From positions 40,665,572 to 40,729,571 of the forward strand of contig CP154954.1 in NCBI GenBank assembly GCA_039621445.1: DNA of 64,000 nucleotides. Reading direction: 5' to 3'. Both the position numbers and the translations under genes were made by a program. Under the pieces are notes generated by a model that did not search any database, was not told where the DNA came from, and saw only the letters and a program-made list of their open reading frames with translations. This stretch comes from Euglena gracilis. Taxonomy: Eukaryota. Below are positions 38,012-51,400 of the stretch, one piece after another (position 1 is the stretch's first letter; each line of letters begins with the position of its first letter).

Positions 38012-39340
38012 CCATCTGGAATCACATGGATAATCATTCCGTTCTGGCTTTTGTGTGAGACCCTCCTTCTCTCTTCATGCCCCCCCCCCCCCGACTGACA
38101 CTTGGTGAATTGGACCGATCCGGACCTCAGGGCTTAATTCTGGTGGATTGGAATGGAACCACGTGACTCTCGCCCATTCTTGTCAGCAGAATTGAAGAAT
38201 GAGTTGCAGCCTCGATCCCAGGCAACATCAACAACTCATTTCCACAACGCACTATGAATGTCTGACCGGATTGTTTCCATCGTCGTTGCAATTTTGCCAG
38301 GGTTTGTTGGGGTTTGTCCTGGCAGTTTGGTCAGGACTCCGTATTGTTTGATTATCCAAAGAAAAATTCCTGACAGTGCTTCAAAATATAAATATTTTGT
38401 TCGTGCATTCTTAGGTAATCCCCCAACATCCTCAATCCCAGAAGCAGCAAAGATCGTGTTGACATGTAAGAAGTTTGACCAACAAATCAAAATTTTTTTT
38501 CGCTGAAATCTTCCCCGTGCTTTCCCCATCATTCCAAAAGATGAGGTTAAAGTGCTTGTGTCACATACATATGGCATGCAGTGTAGGTATGCGTAGGTAT
38601 ATATATTGGCGTGGAAAATTTCAAAAACAGTCAAAAACAATGTCAAATTTTGGCTTCTTCTGGTGTTACGCATTCTGATCTGCACCCATTAAATTCTTGC
38701 ATTATCCAACCAGCAATTGTCGTACCAGTAGCATTCATGTGTGCCTGCCACAGGATGAAACAAGGAAGCAATGAACGATAAAAATACTTCATTCGAGCAC
38801 GGATGTTCATTAATTTGTGTGAACCAAAGTCAAAAGATATCTAAACCACTGCTCGGTGGGCTTGGTTGGTAATTACACCAGTTGCCACAGAATGTGCAGC
38901 TTTTTTTTAATATACTTGCAGCAACAGCAGCGTTTATGTACATCATCCAGGGAGTTAATATTATTTCGCAAAAGTAGCAAAAACTTCGGATTCTCCTCAA
39001 AAATGTTTATGAATTTGGGGTTTGGACTCTCTCGAAAAGCCTGATTGTGGTTTGGGGAAAGGTTTGTGAAATTGTCACAAAAGCGTGGAAGCAAGGCTGG
39101 AGGGAGGGGCTCCGGGGTCATGCCATGCTTTGCATTTTACCAGGGGCCGAGCCGCTCCGATGCATTCCGATTGGATGGGGTGTTTTGTCTTTCCACAGCA
39201 GGTGTCCAACCAAGTGGTGCCAGATGAAAAATTTGAAGTTGTTCTTTTGCCCCCACAAGACAACAGCCATATTCGGTTAAGAGAAGTGGATGTGACTGTG
39301 AAAAGTTGAATTACATGCTGAGTTGACCAAGGAGTTTGAG

Positions 39341-39863
39341 CAGGGGGGGGGGGAAAATTGATATCCGCAATTTTCCCGCAATTTCCGCAATTTTCCGCAA
39401 TTTCCGCAATTTTCCGCAATTTTCCGCAATTTTTCCGCAATTTCCGCAATTTTTCCGCAATTTTTTCCATTTTTTTTCCCGCAGAATTTTTTTCCCACCA
39501 CCGAAGATGGAAGATGCAATGAGTTCAAGCCATTCTTCAAATGGATCAACAGGTGTGCTATTGTGTTTTGTTGTCCCCCCCCAGTTTACCAATTTTTCTC
39601 ACAGGTGCACCACTGGTCACAGGATTGGGTGCGTCCCACCTGTGCAAAGAACATCAAGCGCGTTGGTTTGTGCTCGCCTGCATCGACGTGGGTGTTGCGG
39701 TGTTCTGAACCTCACAATTGAAAAATTTCTAAGTCCCCTCAAGCAGAAATGTGTATATTCCCGATATCAATTTTTCCGCAATTTTTCCGCAATTTCCGCA
39801 ATTTTTCCGCAATTTTTCCGCAATTTTTCCGAAGGCCTCCGATATCAATTATCCCCCCCCCTG
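39341..39863. mobile_element. CAGGG-TIR element with 7-bp TSD (GTTTGAG) and TTTCCGCAA arrays; relative at 41082-41749
   Basis: gtttgag|caggggg..aattgatatc ... gatatcaatt..ccccctg|gtttgag. Confidence 0.85.
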
Positions 39864-40069
39864 GTTTGAGACGCATTTTTGGTCCATGGACAAGGTTGAA
39901 AACGCTGTGGAATTTTGGTCTTTGAAATTTTGCCAAACCCATGTCAAAGTCGGTCATCAAGTTTCAGGACGTTGAGGAAATTTCCAAAATGTTGCATGAA
40001 AAATTTGGAGGCACAAAGGAAAAGTGGGGGAAGTCTTCCACATAGTTTCGTCCCCAGGAAACTGACAAT

Positions 40070-40555
40070 ATGAGAGGCGAGTTTGAACAAGAAGTGGTGA
40101 AATTCAAATGGAACTCAAGACTTTTTGAGCTGTTGATGAAATATCCTGAGATTTTCGGTGCGTTTCCCAATATTTCAGATGCAAACCCCCCATCAGTGGT
40201 GATGGACACTGAGCTCAAGCCAGAGTGGGAGGGGAAACTCCAAAGGCAGAAGTGATGGGCAATGCCGGTATAAGATGAGGAAGAGTTTCATCTGCCGCCG
40301 GAAGAACCTTTGAAGGCTTGTCTGACAGAGAGTTTCCCCAAGGTGAAATCCCCCAATGTGCTCACTCACTCACGCGGCTCACAAGCACGCAAGGTGGCCA
40401 TACGTGATGGAAAGTTGAGTTCAAGAACCCGACCCCATGCAGCCTATCTCCCAAGTATGAGTATGGAAGCCCAAATTGAAAGCCTTGCGATGTCTTTTCA
40501 AATCAACTTTGGACATGTGTTCAGTATGTTCAGGGTCAGGCTGAAAATTAAGGCT
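40070..40555 (+). pseudogene. Decayed Ty3/gypsy reverse transcriptase N-terminal fragment
   Basis: LLMKYPEIFGAFPN...PPSVVMDTELKPE...PLKACLTE...RTRPHAAYLPSMSMEAQIESLA resembles the gypsy pre-RT and RT N-terminus; it has stops and frameshifts. Confidence 0.65.
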
Positions 40556-40729
40556 GTGCCGACCCCCCACCTCGGCCGAGGCATTTCTGGTGCGTTTGAA
40601 GCCCAGAAAAGCCCATTTTGGGGCACTTTTTGGCCCACGGACAGGCAGGTGCCGACCCGGGGGCGGGTAGTGCCTACCTGCCCAGGCACTCCTGACACCT
40701 GGCACCCCCTCCCCTCCGGGGTTGGTCAG

Positions 40730-41080
40730 CCTGTTCAAGGTCAGCTTTTGCATTCTCAAAATCAATGTCAAGATCTCCATGAGCTCCTGGTGCATTCATC
40801 AAGCCAAAAATCATTCGTTTTGGCCGAAACAACGGCCACGTGGCACACAAGAAGTTGACAAATTTGTCGCCCAGGCGGTCAAAGGACCTGCCAGTACCAA
40901 AGGGGTCAGAGATATTTTGAGGAGTGGACATTTGGCTTCTTTTTATGATGGCACAAGAATGGGGGGTCAAACTGAAGATGATTTTTTTGCCTGTTGAACA
41001 GATATTTTCATGTGTGCCAGAAACATCAGGTGAGAACCAAATTTTCAAAGTGCTCATTTTTCCAACAGGAGCTGCCATAC
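40730..41080 (-). pseudogene. Second gypsy RT fragment, opposite strand
   Basis: ...PLFRPKRMIFGLMNAPG / HQELMEIL matches the RT 'MPFGLxNAPxxFQxLM' motif, with a frameshift. Confidence 0.65.
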
Positions 41081-41819
41081 TCAGGGGGGGGGGATTGATG
41101 TCCACAATATTTCTGATATTTTCCGCAATTTCCGCAATTTCCCGTAATTTTTCCGCAACTTTTCCCCTTTTCGCAATTTTTCCACATGAAGCTGAGAAGG
41201 AAGGCGAAATGAGTTCCGGCCATTCCTTGAACGTTTCGCAAGGGAACCAAGGTCCTTTTTTTGATACTTTGTTGCAAATCTGCCAAATTTTGCCAAGTTT
41301 TACAAAGTTTGACAAAATTTTGCCAATTTTTGGGTCTTTTTTTTTAAGGCTTTCCCGCAATTTTTTTTTTCCACTGGGAAATAATTTCGACAGAAAAATT
41401 CCGCATCCTGGACCAGGTTTTACCCGATACCAAAGATTTTGGCATTTTTTCTTACCATTTTTGGATTTTTCACCCAAGAAATTCCATATTTCCAGAATCA
41501 GGATGTTCCCAAAATTGCAAAAATCATGCTTTTAGACCTTTTTGTTGGAAAAAATGTGAATAACAGTTCAAAACTTGCACCTATATTGCAAAATGACCAA
41601 ATTTGTGAAATTTCTGAGTCCCCTCCAGCAGAAGTGTAGTAATTCCCAAAATCGCATTTTCCGCAATTTCCTTTTGCAATTCCCCGCAATTTTTCTGCAA
41701 TTTTTGCGAGGGCCTCCGATAGGCATTTCTCCGATGCCCCCCCCCCCTGCATATTTGGGTTTTTCATTGCGCTGGAGTTTTTCGGTGCCAAGTTCGAAGA
41801 ACGTTGAATCAATTTTGAA

Positions 41820-42370
41820 GTTTGAAGTGAGAAATCAAAAAGGCGTTCGACAATTTTAGGTTCAATGAACATTTACAAAGACATGTCAAAGGTTTTCATT
41901 TTGATTCTTCACCCCTCATTGCTTTGTTGAAGAAGAATCCGACGTTGATCTGGGACAGGGGAGAACAGGAGTGTGTGGATTCTTTGAAAAGAAGGCTTGG
42001 AGCAATGGGGATCCCCAAGAATTCTGGAGAAATTGGGCTGGTGACTGACACTTAAAACGTTGGTGCTGAGGCCGCAATTTTTGAGTGGTAGTCACTTTTT
42101 GCTGCCCAGATTCCAGAGGTACAAAACAATTGGGACAAAAACTGATAGTTCTCTGAGACACACCACACCTCAGATGACCAAAAAAGTCATTTTTGTTTGG
42201 TGTGATTTTTTTCAATTGGAAACGGTCAGAAATTTGGCAAAAGTACCACAGCTGGGAGCAAGGAATCCTGAGTGGTGTGTTGATTTTGGCTTCACAATCA
42301 AGAATTTTGCAACATTTGCCAATTATTCGGATGACTGGCAACGAGGCAGCAACAGTGTTTTTGAAAGGTG
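41820..42370 (+). pseudogene. Gypsy RT connection and RNase H fragment
   Basis: RQFLGSMN / SSPLIALLKKNPTLIWDRGEQECVDSLKRRL and FNWKRSEIWQKYHSWEQGILSGVLILASQSRILQHLPIIRMTGNEA match the gypsy connection and RNase H patterns. Confidence 0.7.
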
Positions 42371-42485
42371 AGAAGGATGAGGGGGATGTATGTTTTATCC
42401 TCAGACAGTGTTGCTTTTTGCCGGCTTGTCATCATCCTACAGGCCCCCCTTTTTTGCATATGCCATTCTGACGTCTCGAAGGAAG

Positions 42486-45400
42486 ATGAATGGGCGCAGG
42501 TCCGCTGCTTCCCGCCCTCTTTTGAATCGCCTGCTTTCTTCTCCGAAGGCCGAACCCCTTCGAAGCATCCGGCGTGGAGAACTTCCCGGACCTCGAGGCT
42601 CTGTTTCGAAGGTCTGCCATTTACCTGTCCGAACCAAAAGAGAAACGTACTCCCCCTCTTCAGTGATGTCAACAGGGAGGAGTTGACCCCCCCATTTAAG
42701 TGCACGTGCCCAAATAAGTGTCACATCCCTAGGGTCCGAAACTACAGTGCGCGCCCGTGCAATTAAATGGGGTGTTTATCTAGGCTGGAGAAGTTTCACC
42801 CTTGGTATCATTGGGAGGGAATTTCTCCCAAATAAACAACCTCGTCATTCCTTCCTGGCATGCTTTTTTGGAAACCTGGAATGTGGTTTTTCTTATCATC
42901 ACAGAAAACCAAGCTATATGGGATTCACCAAAATTGTTCCCCCCCTCAATTACCGCATAACCACAAGGGGATAACCCAACCCAATCCAACCAAAGGGGGC
43001 CAAATAGGTACCAAACAGAACAAAACAAAACCAGGAAAAGAAAGCAATGTCAGGACAAACGTTTTTTGAGCACACAAAGATCATATGCATTTTTGATTGG
43101 TTATTTGAAGTTTCAAAATTTTGAAAAATGTATTTTGGTTTTTTGTCATTTTTTGTTTGTTGGTTTAAGGGTGCCCTCAGAGTTCTGGTGATTTTTGTTC
43201 TGGGAGGTTTGGGGAAAAGTTTTGGTGGTTCTTTGTGCACCACCCTTTTTTGGGCATCACTTCCTTTGCAAGGGTAGGCATTGTTGTTTTCTTTTTGAAA
43301 CATTATTACGGTCAACATCCTGAAGATCATGAAGGCTTGAATAAAAAACTTATTATCTTTATCGAAAGAAAGGCAGCACACACACAATTTTCATTTGTCA
43401 ATTGGTTAATTGTTCCATTGGGCGATTGGCCATTGATTGGTCAATCACTCCGCCATCGAAAGATAGCTGCCTTCAATGTAATCGATCTTTCACCTCAGGT
43501 TCAGCACAAGCCCCAGTTCACCTTTCTCCCGCCTGGATCTAAGCCTTGAAACCTTGTCCAGGTGTGAATGGGTGCTTGACCTTGAATGGGGTTCTTTTTT
43601 AAAGTGGACCCCCCGGAGGGGTCCAGCCCCAGCAGCTTTTTTCCAGCCCTGGACCCCCTCCCCCCACCGATGAGTTCAAGTTATTCTCCAGCCACCTTTC
43701 GTTCGGGTGGCTAGATGGTAACGGATTTTTGGCTTTCGGGGGTGCAGAAATGGTCAAAAGGGTAAAAATGGGCGATTTTGGACTGGCCTGGGCAAATTTA
43801 GGCCAAAATTTCAAATTCAAAAAATTTTCCCCAATAATTGGCAGTTTTCTGGCGCATTTTTGCAGGTTCGATTTTTTGATGCCCGGTTCAACCACAGTCA
43901 ATCAGCCCTCTTAGGCGGTGCACTTCAGGGTTTTTTTGTCGTTGTGTGCATGTGCACACACCAACAATTTATTTTCTTTGGGGCCCAGGTTTTTTGAATT
44001 GCTTGCACCCCCCATTTGTTGATTTTCAAATTTTTCGAGTGGTGACACCCGTTGAAGTGAGAAATTCCACAAAAATACACAAAAACCTCGGTCCTTCTGC
44101 CCGCTTTTGTTTGTTTCTCTGTTTATCCCCCCCACCGGCTGCCTCTTTGGTCTCTTCGATCCGCATCGCAGGGTTACCGGTGGGATGGCCAATTTCACAG
44201 AGGACACCACCGGATTCGATTTCCCGCCTTCGAAATCTGTGGTGTGCCCTGCTCAGTTCCTATTCCCCTATTGGGCCATCCCAGACCCAGACTCCCTCCG
44301 TTGGCGAGGTTCACTCCAAAACCTCCTGTCCCAGATTACACCAGGTTGCAAGGAGCAGGGTACCTTTTTGCAGCGTTCCAAATTTCTGGCCAATACAATG
44401 TTGGAAATGATCATCTTTTTCTTTTTTATTTGGTGCAAATTGGATGGCTTGCTGTGAGTGCTAGAGATCTCTCCAGGCTCCACATTACAGAAATGCAATG
44501 TCCCCATTGGGAAAAAAGAATGCATCAACTGGAAGATCAGGAACGCTTGCAGTGTCTGTTTTCAGCATGATAATTTTAATTCGAAGGCAAATTTTGAAGG
44601 AAAATTAGAAGGAGAATTAAAAAAATATTGTTCATAAATTAACACCAGAAAGCAGAAGCAGTTCACTCAAGCATAATCACAACAAGCAAACACAACATTT
44701 CTGTTCTGGTGAGAACAAGCAACAAACGCCCGGATTTGTTGCCATGTTTAATTTTCGCATTTGTTTCTTTTACTTAAAAATACTTAAAAATACTTTTCGG
44801 TGCAGTGCTGTGGGTTGCCAGAAATTTCCACATTTTTTCTACGCCATTGTTTTGATGGCAGTTGCCCCCCCCCCTTATCCGAAGTGTTTTGGCAGGTGGG
44901 GGTGGTCCAAACCCCTCCAGTCCAGAGGGGCACCCACATCCCAGTGTGTATCAAAGGTTTTCGACAATATTTTTTCGATATTTCATAAAAGGGAGTTTTC
45001 CATTTGGAACAAGATACCACTTAAATGCGGTCCACTGGTTGCCGTGAAACCGTTTTATTCTGAATTGTTGAGAGTCATGTAAATTGAACGACCTTCCTCC
45101 CCACTAAACCCAATATGGACGGAATGGCGGATTCCACAGAGTCGCGCGAGCCTCATTATTGTGCCGTCCTCTGGTCACTTGCCTCAGGCTTTGGACGCCC
45201 CACCGACGCCCATGCCGTGGAGGGCTCTGTCCGCAGCCAGCCCCCTCCGAGGTCGGTCCCTCTTGCCCTCCGCTGCGGTTGCCGTTGCTCTGGTTTCCCG
45301 TGAGTCCCCCTCCGCCCGAGCGTTGTTCTGCGCGCCATCCCACCCCCACCGGCCGCAGCGGGGAGTGCGATGAGCGCCAGTCCGCCCAACGTCAGCCTGG

Positions 45401-48400
45401 ACCTGATGCTCTCCCCCATCCGGCCGATGTATGCCTGCGACCGGTGCCGGCCTTCCCTCCGTTGGACAGGCGGCTGTCCAGCAGGGGTTTTTTGAAAATA
45501 AAAAGGCAAGGTTTTATTTATATTTTTTTTAAGGGGTTAAGGCTCTAAAATTCTTTTTTGCAAGGGCGGTCCGAGGGTGATCTGGGAGCAAAATTCAAAA
45601 TTTTCTTTCAGGAGCTGGCTTGTTTTTGCCGGGATTTTGCGACTTAATTTTTGCTCGGGTTCGGAAAATTCTGCCAGAATGATCTTTTAAAGGGTTTTTG
45701 GGACTTTTTTGGAGGCGATTTAATAACAAGCTAACAAACTGAAATAACATAATTGAATGAAATAAATGCCTGCTCCCCGCCCTTGAATGGCGTCCAGGGC
45801 AAACGTTGCTGGGTTGAACCCACCCACAGAACTCAATGCCAACCGAGGGCAACCCCCGGCGTGCCCCAGCGCCCGCCGGGTTCCGGTGCCGGGGCCGCTC
45901 GCCCGGCCGCCTCCACAGCCTGGGCGGCGGCCACCTCTCCCACACGCCGGGCGCCCTCAGCCCGTTCGGCTCCCCCTCCCCGGTCCGCGGCACCCCGCGG
46001 TCCGCCGCCGCCCTCACGCCCTCCGCTGGCCGCGCCCGGGTGTGGGGGTGGGCGGTGTGGGGAGCGGGCGGTAGGGGTGTTAGGGGAGGCGCGCCGGACG
46101 TCCAACTTTTGGTTTGATGGCCGGCGAGCAGTCACCGAAGGGGGTCTGCCAGTCGTCGGACAGGGTTTTGCACATGGACCAGCGCTGCCTGTGTTCAGCA
46201 CTCATTCAAATTGTTCCCTGGAGGGATGGGGTTTTCTTTTCCCCAGTAATTTTTGTGTGTTTTTTTGTCGAGACCCAACTCCTCAAAGGCAGTCCTCCTG
46301 CTGATTTTGGTGAGCTCTTTTTTTTCTGCTGTCCCATCCGTGGTGCAAGCCGTTTCAGAGTTTGCCGGTGTGTTCCCAGTCCAAGTGAAAGTGACCTCAG
46401 CTGATTGGAAGTTAATGAGCCATAGAGGGGGTGTCCATCCTCCTGGCCGATCCCCCCCTTGGGGAAGAAAATTGCACTGCACTTCTCCTTGGTGGGGGGT
46501 TGTTCTCTCTATTGTCCGTTGATAGAAGTGCCTCTGAACTGTTTTTTTTTTGGCTGAAAACTTCATTTTCCGGTCCCCCCCCCCCCATTGGGTTGGTTGC
46601 CGCGGTGGACAATCCAATCCCCTCTGTTTCTTCAACCCAGGAAGCGTCTTGCGTGTCTTTTACTGCCAAACCGAGTGCGAATGGCAGTCTTACCTTTGTT
46701 GTTTGCTTGGCTGGCAAACAGGCTTGGCTTGATTTTCAGGCGCGGCCGACCCCCCCCCTTCGTTGTTGGGAGGTGTCAGGCAGATGACCAAACTTGCCTG
46801 GCACTCGGTCGAGGCCCTCTAGTGACGAAGGCGCTCGAAGAAGTGACAATTTTCTGTCCTCGACTTATTTCATTCCCAGTCTCTCTCTCTCTCCCTCTGC
46901 TCAGTATGCACCTCGGTATTCCAAAACGCCAACTGCGCGTGATATATTCTCACCGGCTTCTTCCCCAGGGCGATGCTATGGCAACTTTTATTTTGCATCC
47001 AACGTAGCTTTCCATTGTGTTTGCTGATTCCCTGTTGTCCCCAGCGCTTGATGCCGTTTGTTTGTTGCCTTTTGATCGCTCTTTGCTCACTCAATGGACA
47101 AGTATTCAGAGTCCAACGAACATATGGTTCCACAAAAAACCCAAAATTCTGATGAGAATGTTAGTTACAGCTTCCCTGAATCAGTGGTGTACAGCCACGA
47201 CGTAGTTGATGGTGACTCCTCCCCCTCAAGGCGAAACAAAAACCGCACCCTCCTTTTTTTTTTGGGTGCCCTGCAGAGCCATTAATGAATTTTCTTGTTT
47301 GGTTTGAATGCTGGTTCATTTTGAATACCCCCCCCCCCAAATAATAAAACCCCCCGGTTTATTATCTGGGCACTCGAAGTCGGGGTCCATAGGGGGGGTT
47401 TATTATTCGGGGGGGGGGGTTATTATTTGGGCAAAATTCTCGAAGTCAAAAAATCGACCCAAAGCCCCCTCCACAGGCTCCAGTGCTCCCTTTTTCGCAT
47501 TTTTAGGCTTATTTAAAAAAAACAGGTGCTTTTTTAGCATATTTTCTGCACCAATCTTATCCATTTTTGTGATTTTTTCAACATTTCAGGAGATTTTTGA
47601 CTCTTTTTTCCTTTGCCTTCACACATGCCGGAGGGGGGGTTTATTATTTGGGCGGCCGAAGTCGGTCCTCGGGGGGGGGGGGGTATTATTGGGGGGGGTT
47701 TACACAGATCGAGCGTTGCGGGGGAAAAGGCGAGACAAGTCCCGGCCTTGTCATCCATTCTCACCCGAAGAAAACCCTCCGATTTCGCACCCGCACTTCC
47801 CCTGGAAAGGAGTTCTACGCGAAGTGGGGTACGGGTGTGTGGGTTCCACAGTCCCGGCGCGTGGCCCTGGCCCCGCCCCCCGCTGGCCCCGACGCCCCAG
47901 AAACAGCTCCGCTTCGACCTGGGGCCCCGCCAGCTGCGGTACGACACCGATGTCGCCTTGTCCCCTGCGCAGGGACCCCCTCTCTGAGGCCTCGGGGGGG
48001 GGGGAAGAGCAGAAACATGCGGACAGCCTCCGGCTGTGGATGTTACTGCGATATCCAGTCACGCACACGCCCCTACCACTGATGCTGTTGTCCTTAGGGT
48101 GGGATGGGTCCAAAGAACCTTAATCCCGTGCATCTTTCTCGAAATACGTCTCAACCCTTTTTTGTTTGGGTCCCTGGATGCATGCCGCATTCGAACCACG
48201 CTGAAGCAGGTACGCCCGTGCCCTCCTCACCATCTTTCCCCCTTTTTCCATCTTTGGAAATTCCAAGCCGTTGTCGGCAGCTTTTGGGACACATGCTGAC
48301 TGGGCTCTTCTGATCCTGATGTTGCAACGACTGTTGGCCAGGGCCCACCAGGCCGACAAGGGCCGACCAGGGTCAATTACAGTACCAAAATGGGAAGTGA

Positions 48401-51400
48401 CCATAGGTGCCTGCTGTGAATTCTCAGGAGCAGAAGTCTGCAACCTTTCATGTGGCTTTTGTAATTATTTATAATTTATTAATTATTATCGTTTCGGATT
48501 GTTTGTTGTTATTGTTTGGGAGGTCAACAAAACATTCTAAAGGTCAAAGAACTTTGCTTGCATTGTTTCCTTCATATTCCTTTTCATCTGTAGCGTTGCT
48601 TTTCTGTCTCCCTCAGGCTCCCTTCCCCAGCCAACCTCCCCTGTTCCTTCCCACTCGCCCCTCCCGAGCTCCAGCCCTTCCGTGACATCCTCGCGGCAAC
48701 GGCAGCAAGGAGAAGCTCATTCAATCCCGTACACCTTTGTCCAGTGCGCTGTCGGCCAGATTGGGATGTTGGAATTTCTCATTTTCTTGCAGCATTTTCG
48801 AAGACGTGAAATCAAAAGCAGCAGATATGTTCCCCATTAAAAAAAATCTTATTTTTGAAGAAAAATGTGGCCCAATGTTTGCCTCAAATGGAGAAAATTT
48901 GGCACTTTTTTGGTGTAAAGAGGTTTTGGGCACACTCAACCACAGTTATGGAAAAGGGAGTGTGCAAAAGGCAACCAGCCCCTGAAAATTTAGTTCTTTT
49001 GGACTTCCAACCCCTCGAAACCCAGATCAATGTCACATTCGCACCCTTCTAACTCGCTGAAGTGGAGAACACAATATTTTTTCCTGTGACAGATTGGTTT
49101 TTTTTGGGGTGATGGGAGTTTGAAAAACCAGGTTCTGGGGGCTAGTCGCACAGTTTGTCACACTCCATTTCTCCAAATGAGGCTGAATTTGCCAAGAAAA
49201 ATAGCAGAGAAACCAAACGCTGTTTACATTAACCCCTGGGGGTGGAGTCCAGCTAGCAGCTTCCGGCCTGGTTGCCAGCCTCCCACTGCTAAAGTTGGGT
49301 CTTGCCAGATTTATTGACAACAAAGTCAGAATCCTATACCATACAACAACATAGATGCTGGGAATATATGTAACAAAACACATTACATATTTCTCCACAC
49401 ATGCACATAATAACTGTGTGCACACACATACGCAAATATAATATAGATGATGATTGTAATAATGATTGTTATGTTGAAATTTCACAAAATAGAGCTAGAA
49501 ATTTCGGTGCAAAGCACCAAAAAGCTTGGAAATAAGGGGTCAAAATGGCCAAAAACAAAAATGGCATTTTGAATAAAAGGAAAAAATGGCAAGATTTCTT
49601 TGGGGTTTCACCTGAGAATATTGTTTGAACCCCCCCACGAGGGCCCAGTAATTTCACATACCAGGCTTCGGCCGTCCTGGTAAAACCACTCGGACCTCCA
49701 TCGCTCTGGGAACTTTTTTTGTTCGCTTTGGGGTGTTTTCGCGGTTATAGTTGGGAATACAGTCAGGGTCAGGAAATGGGATTGGGTTTTGGGTGATATA
49801 GGCCGTTAGGCTACATTTAGGCCGAATCTAGGTCTAACTTTGGGCCTTATTTTTTGGCCTTCATAACGAATATTCTTTAACCCACCCACAATGGAATTGA
49901 TGGAAAAGAGCGCGAATCGTGCTCAGAATGGCAAATTTGGGGTTGGCGAAAGAAGCGGGACCCCCAATACCACCCCCTGGTTTAACCACTGGGACCTCCC
50001 CAGGGGGAGTAAATTAGAAAAGCCATTTGAAAAAAATCCAAACCACAAAAAAAAAGCTGGATTTGCATTTTTCTGTTGCCTTTTTTCGGGACCAGCCAGG
50101 TCCAGCAGACAACACCCCCCCCCCATTCGGCCCCCCACCAGGGTGGCCCCACAACGGCACTGTGAAAATGAAAACTGGATAATGGTGACAGAAACGTTGG
50201 ATTTTGAGAGGGTGGAGGTGGGTGAGTCTGGGCCATACCATTGCTCAAGGTGTGTCCGGCCCCCCCCCCCCCCCCCGGGTGACTGACTGGTTTTTCTTCT
50301 TCGGAGTGACTGATTTTTGGCTCCAGACCCCCCCCCCCCGAAAGTGGCCGCCCAGCGCTGAAGGCGCTGGAAATCTTTGACTGAAATCCTTTGATTTTTG
50401 GCCATTTTTGGCCGAGCGGCCAAAGTGACCGACGCCCCCCAAGCCTTTTTTTTAAACAAAACAAATTGCGCTGTCGGCATCCTTCAATGGATACACCTCC
50501 CAATTAATTTCGCAGTGCCCTAAAGCTTTACATGCCCATATGATAATAATGGCTTTGCAGGGGAGGCCAAAAAGACTCTGCCCCCCCCTCCCTTCAGATG
50601 GAATAACAAGAAAATGATGTATTTTTTTTGGTAAGCCAGGTGGTGACCAGGTGGTGACGCAAAAATCCAAATTGCCAATATGTTTTATTGTCTGATGAAC
50701 TGAAGCAATTGAATCATGCCATAATTCTGTGTGAAACTGGATTTGACCCCAAACTGCTTTTCGGAAATGCGTTGAATTGATAGATCACTCGGTTTGGGTG
50801 CTGCCCGGATAGATCTGCCTGGGGTTGGGGCCAGAACGACCGGGGCAACTTTATTTGGGCGGGGGGGGGGGGCGGGCGTACACCGCCGACGGCCCACCGC
50901 CGTCCCCGCCCCAAGCTCAGCGGACACCACGGGCAAGGTCCTGCCTGGCCCCTGTGCAGAGGTCGCGTCAGCCAGCACTGCGGGGCTCGAAGCGGTCTCC
51001 GAGCTGCGGCAGGTGTGGGGCTTACCTTGGTGCCGACAGTGGGATGTCCTTCAGAGCCCCCAATTTTTGGGCCAAAAGCGGCTGGCGAACGGGGAACGTG
51101 TTGCGGCCGACCTGGGGATGGCGACAAAAGGGGTTGCACATTTGAGAGTTCTAAATGGGCTGCCGGTTTCGCCCCGTTCTGCCTTGCCGGCAGCTTCAGT
51201 CTTATCTCCCAAAAAATCTCTGGGGGGTACATATGGTGCAAACCTGCATGAGGGTTGGGGTGGGGTGCGGTGGAATGGGGACATTCCCAGTTGAAGGCTG
51301 GGGTTTTGGTGGGGATTATGTTTGGTATAGGGTACGGGTCAGTTAGAATTTTGTTAGGGTTAGGTTAGGGTTAGGGTGGTTAGGGCCAGGGTTAGCGTTA

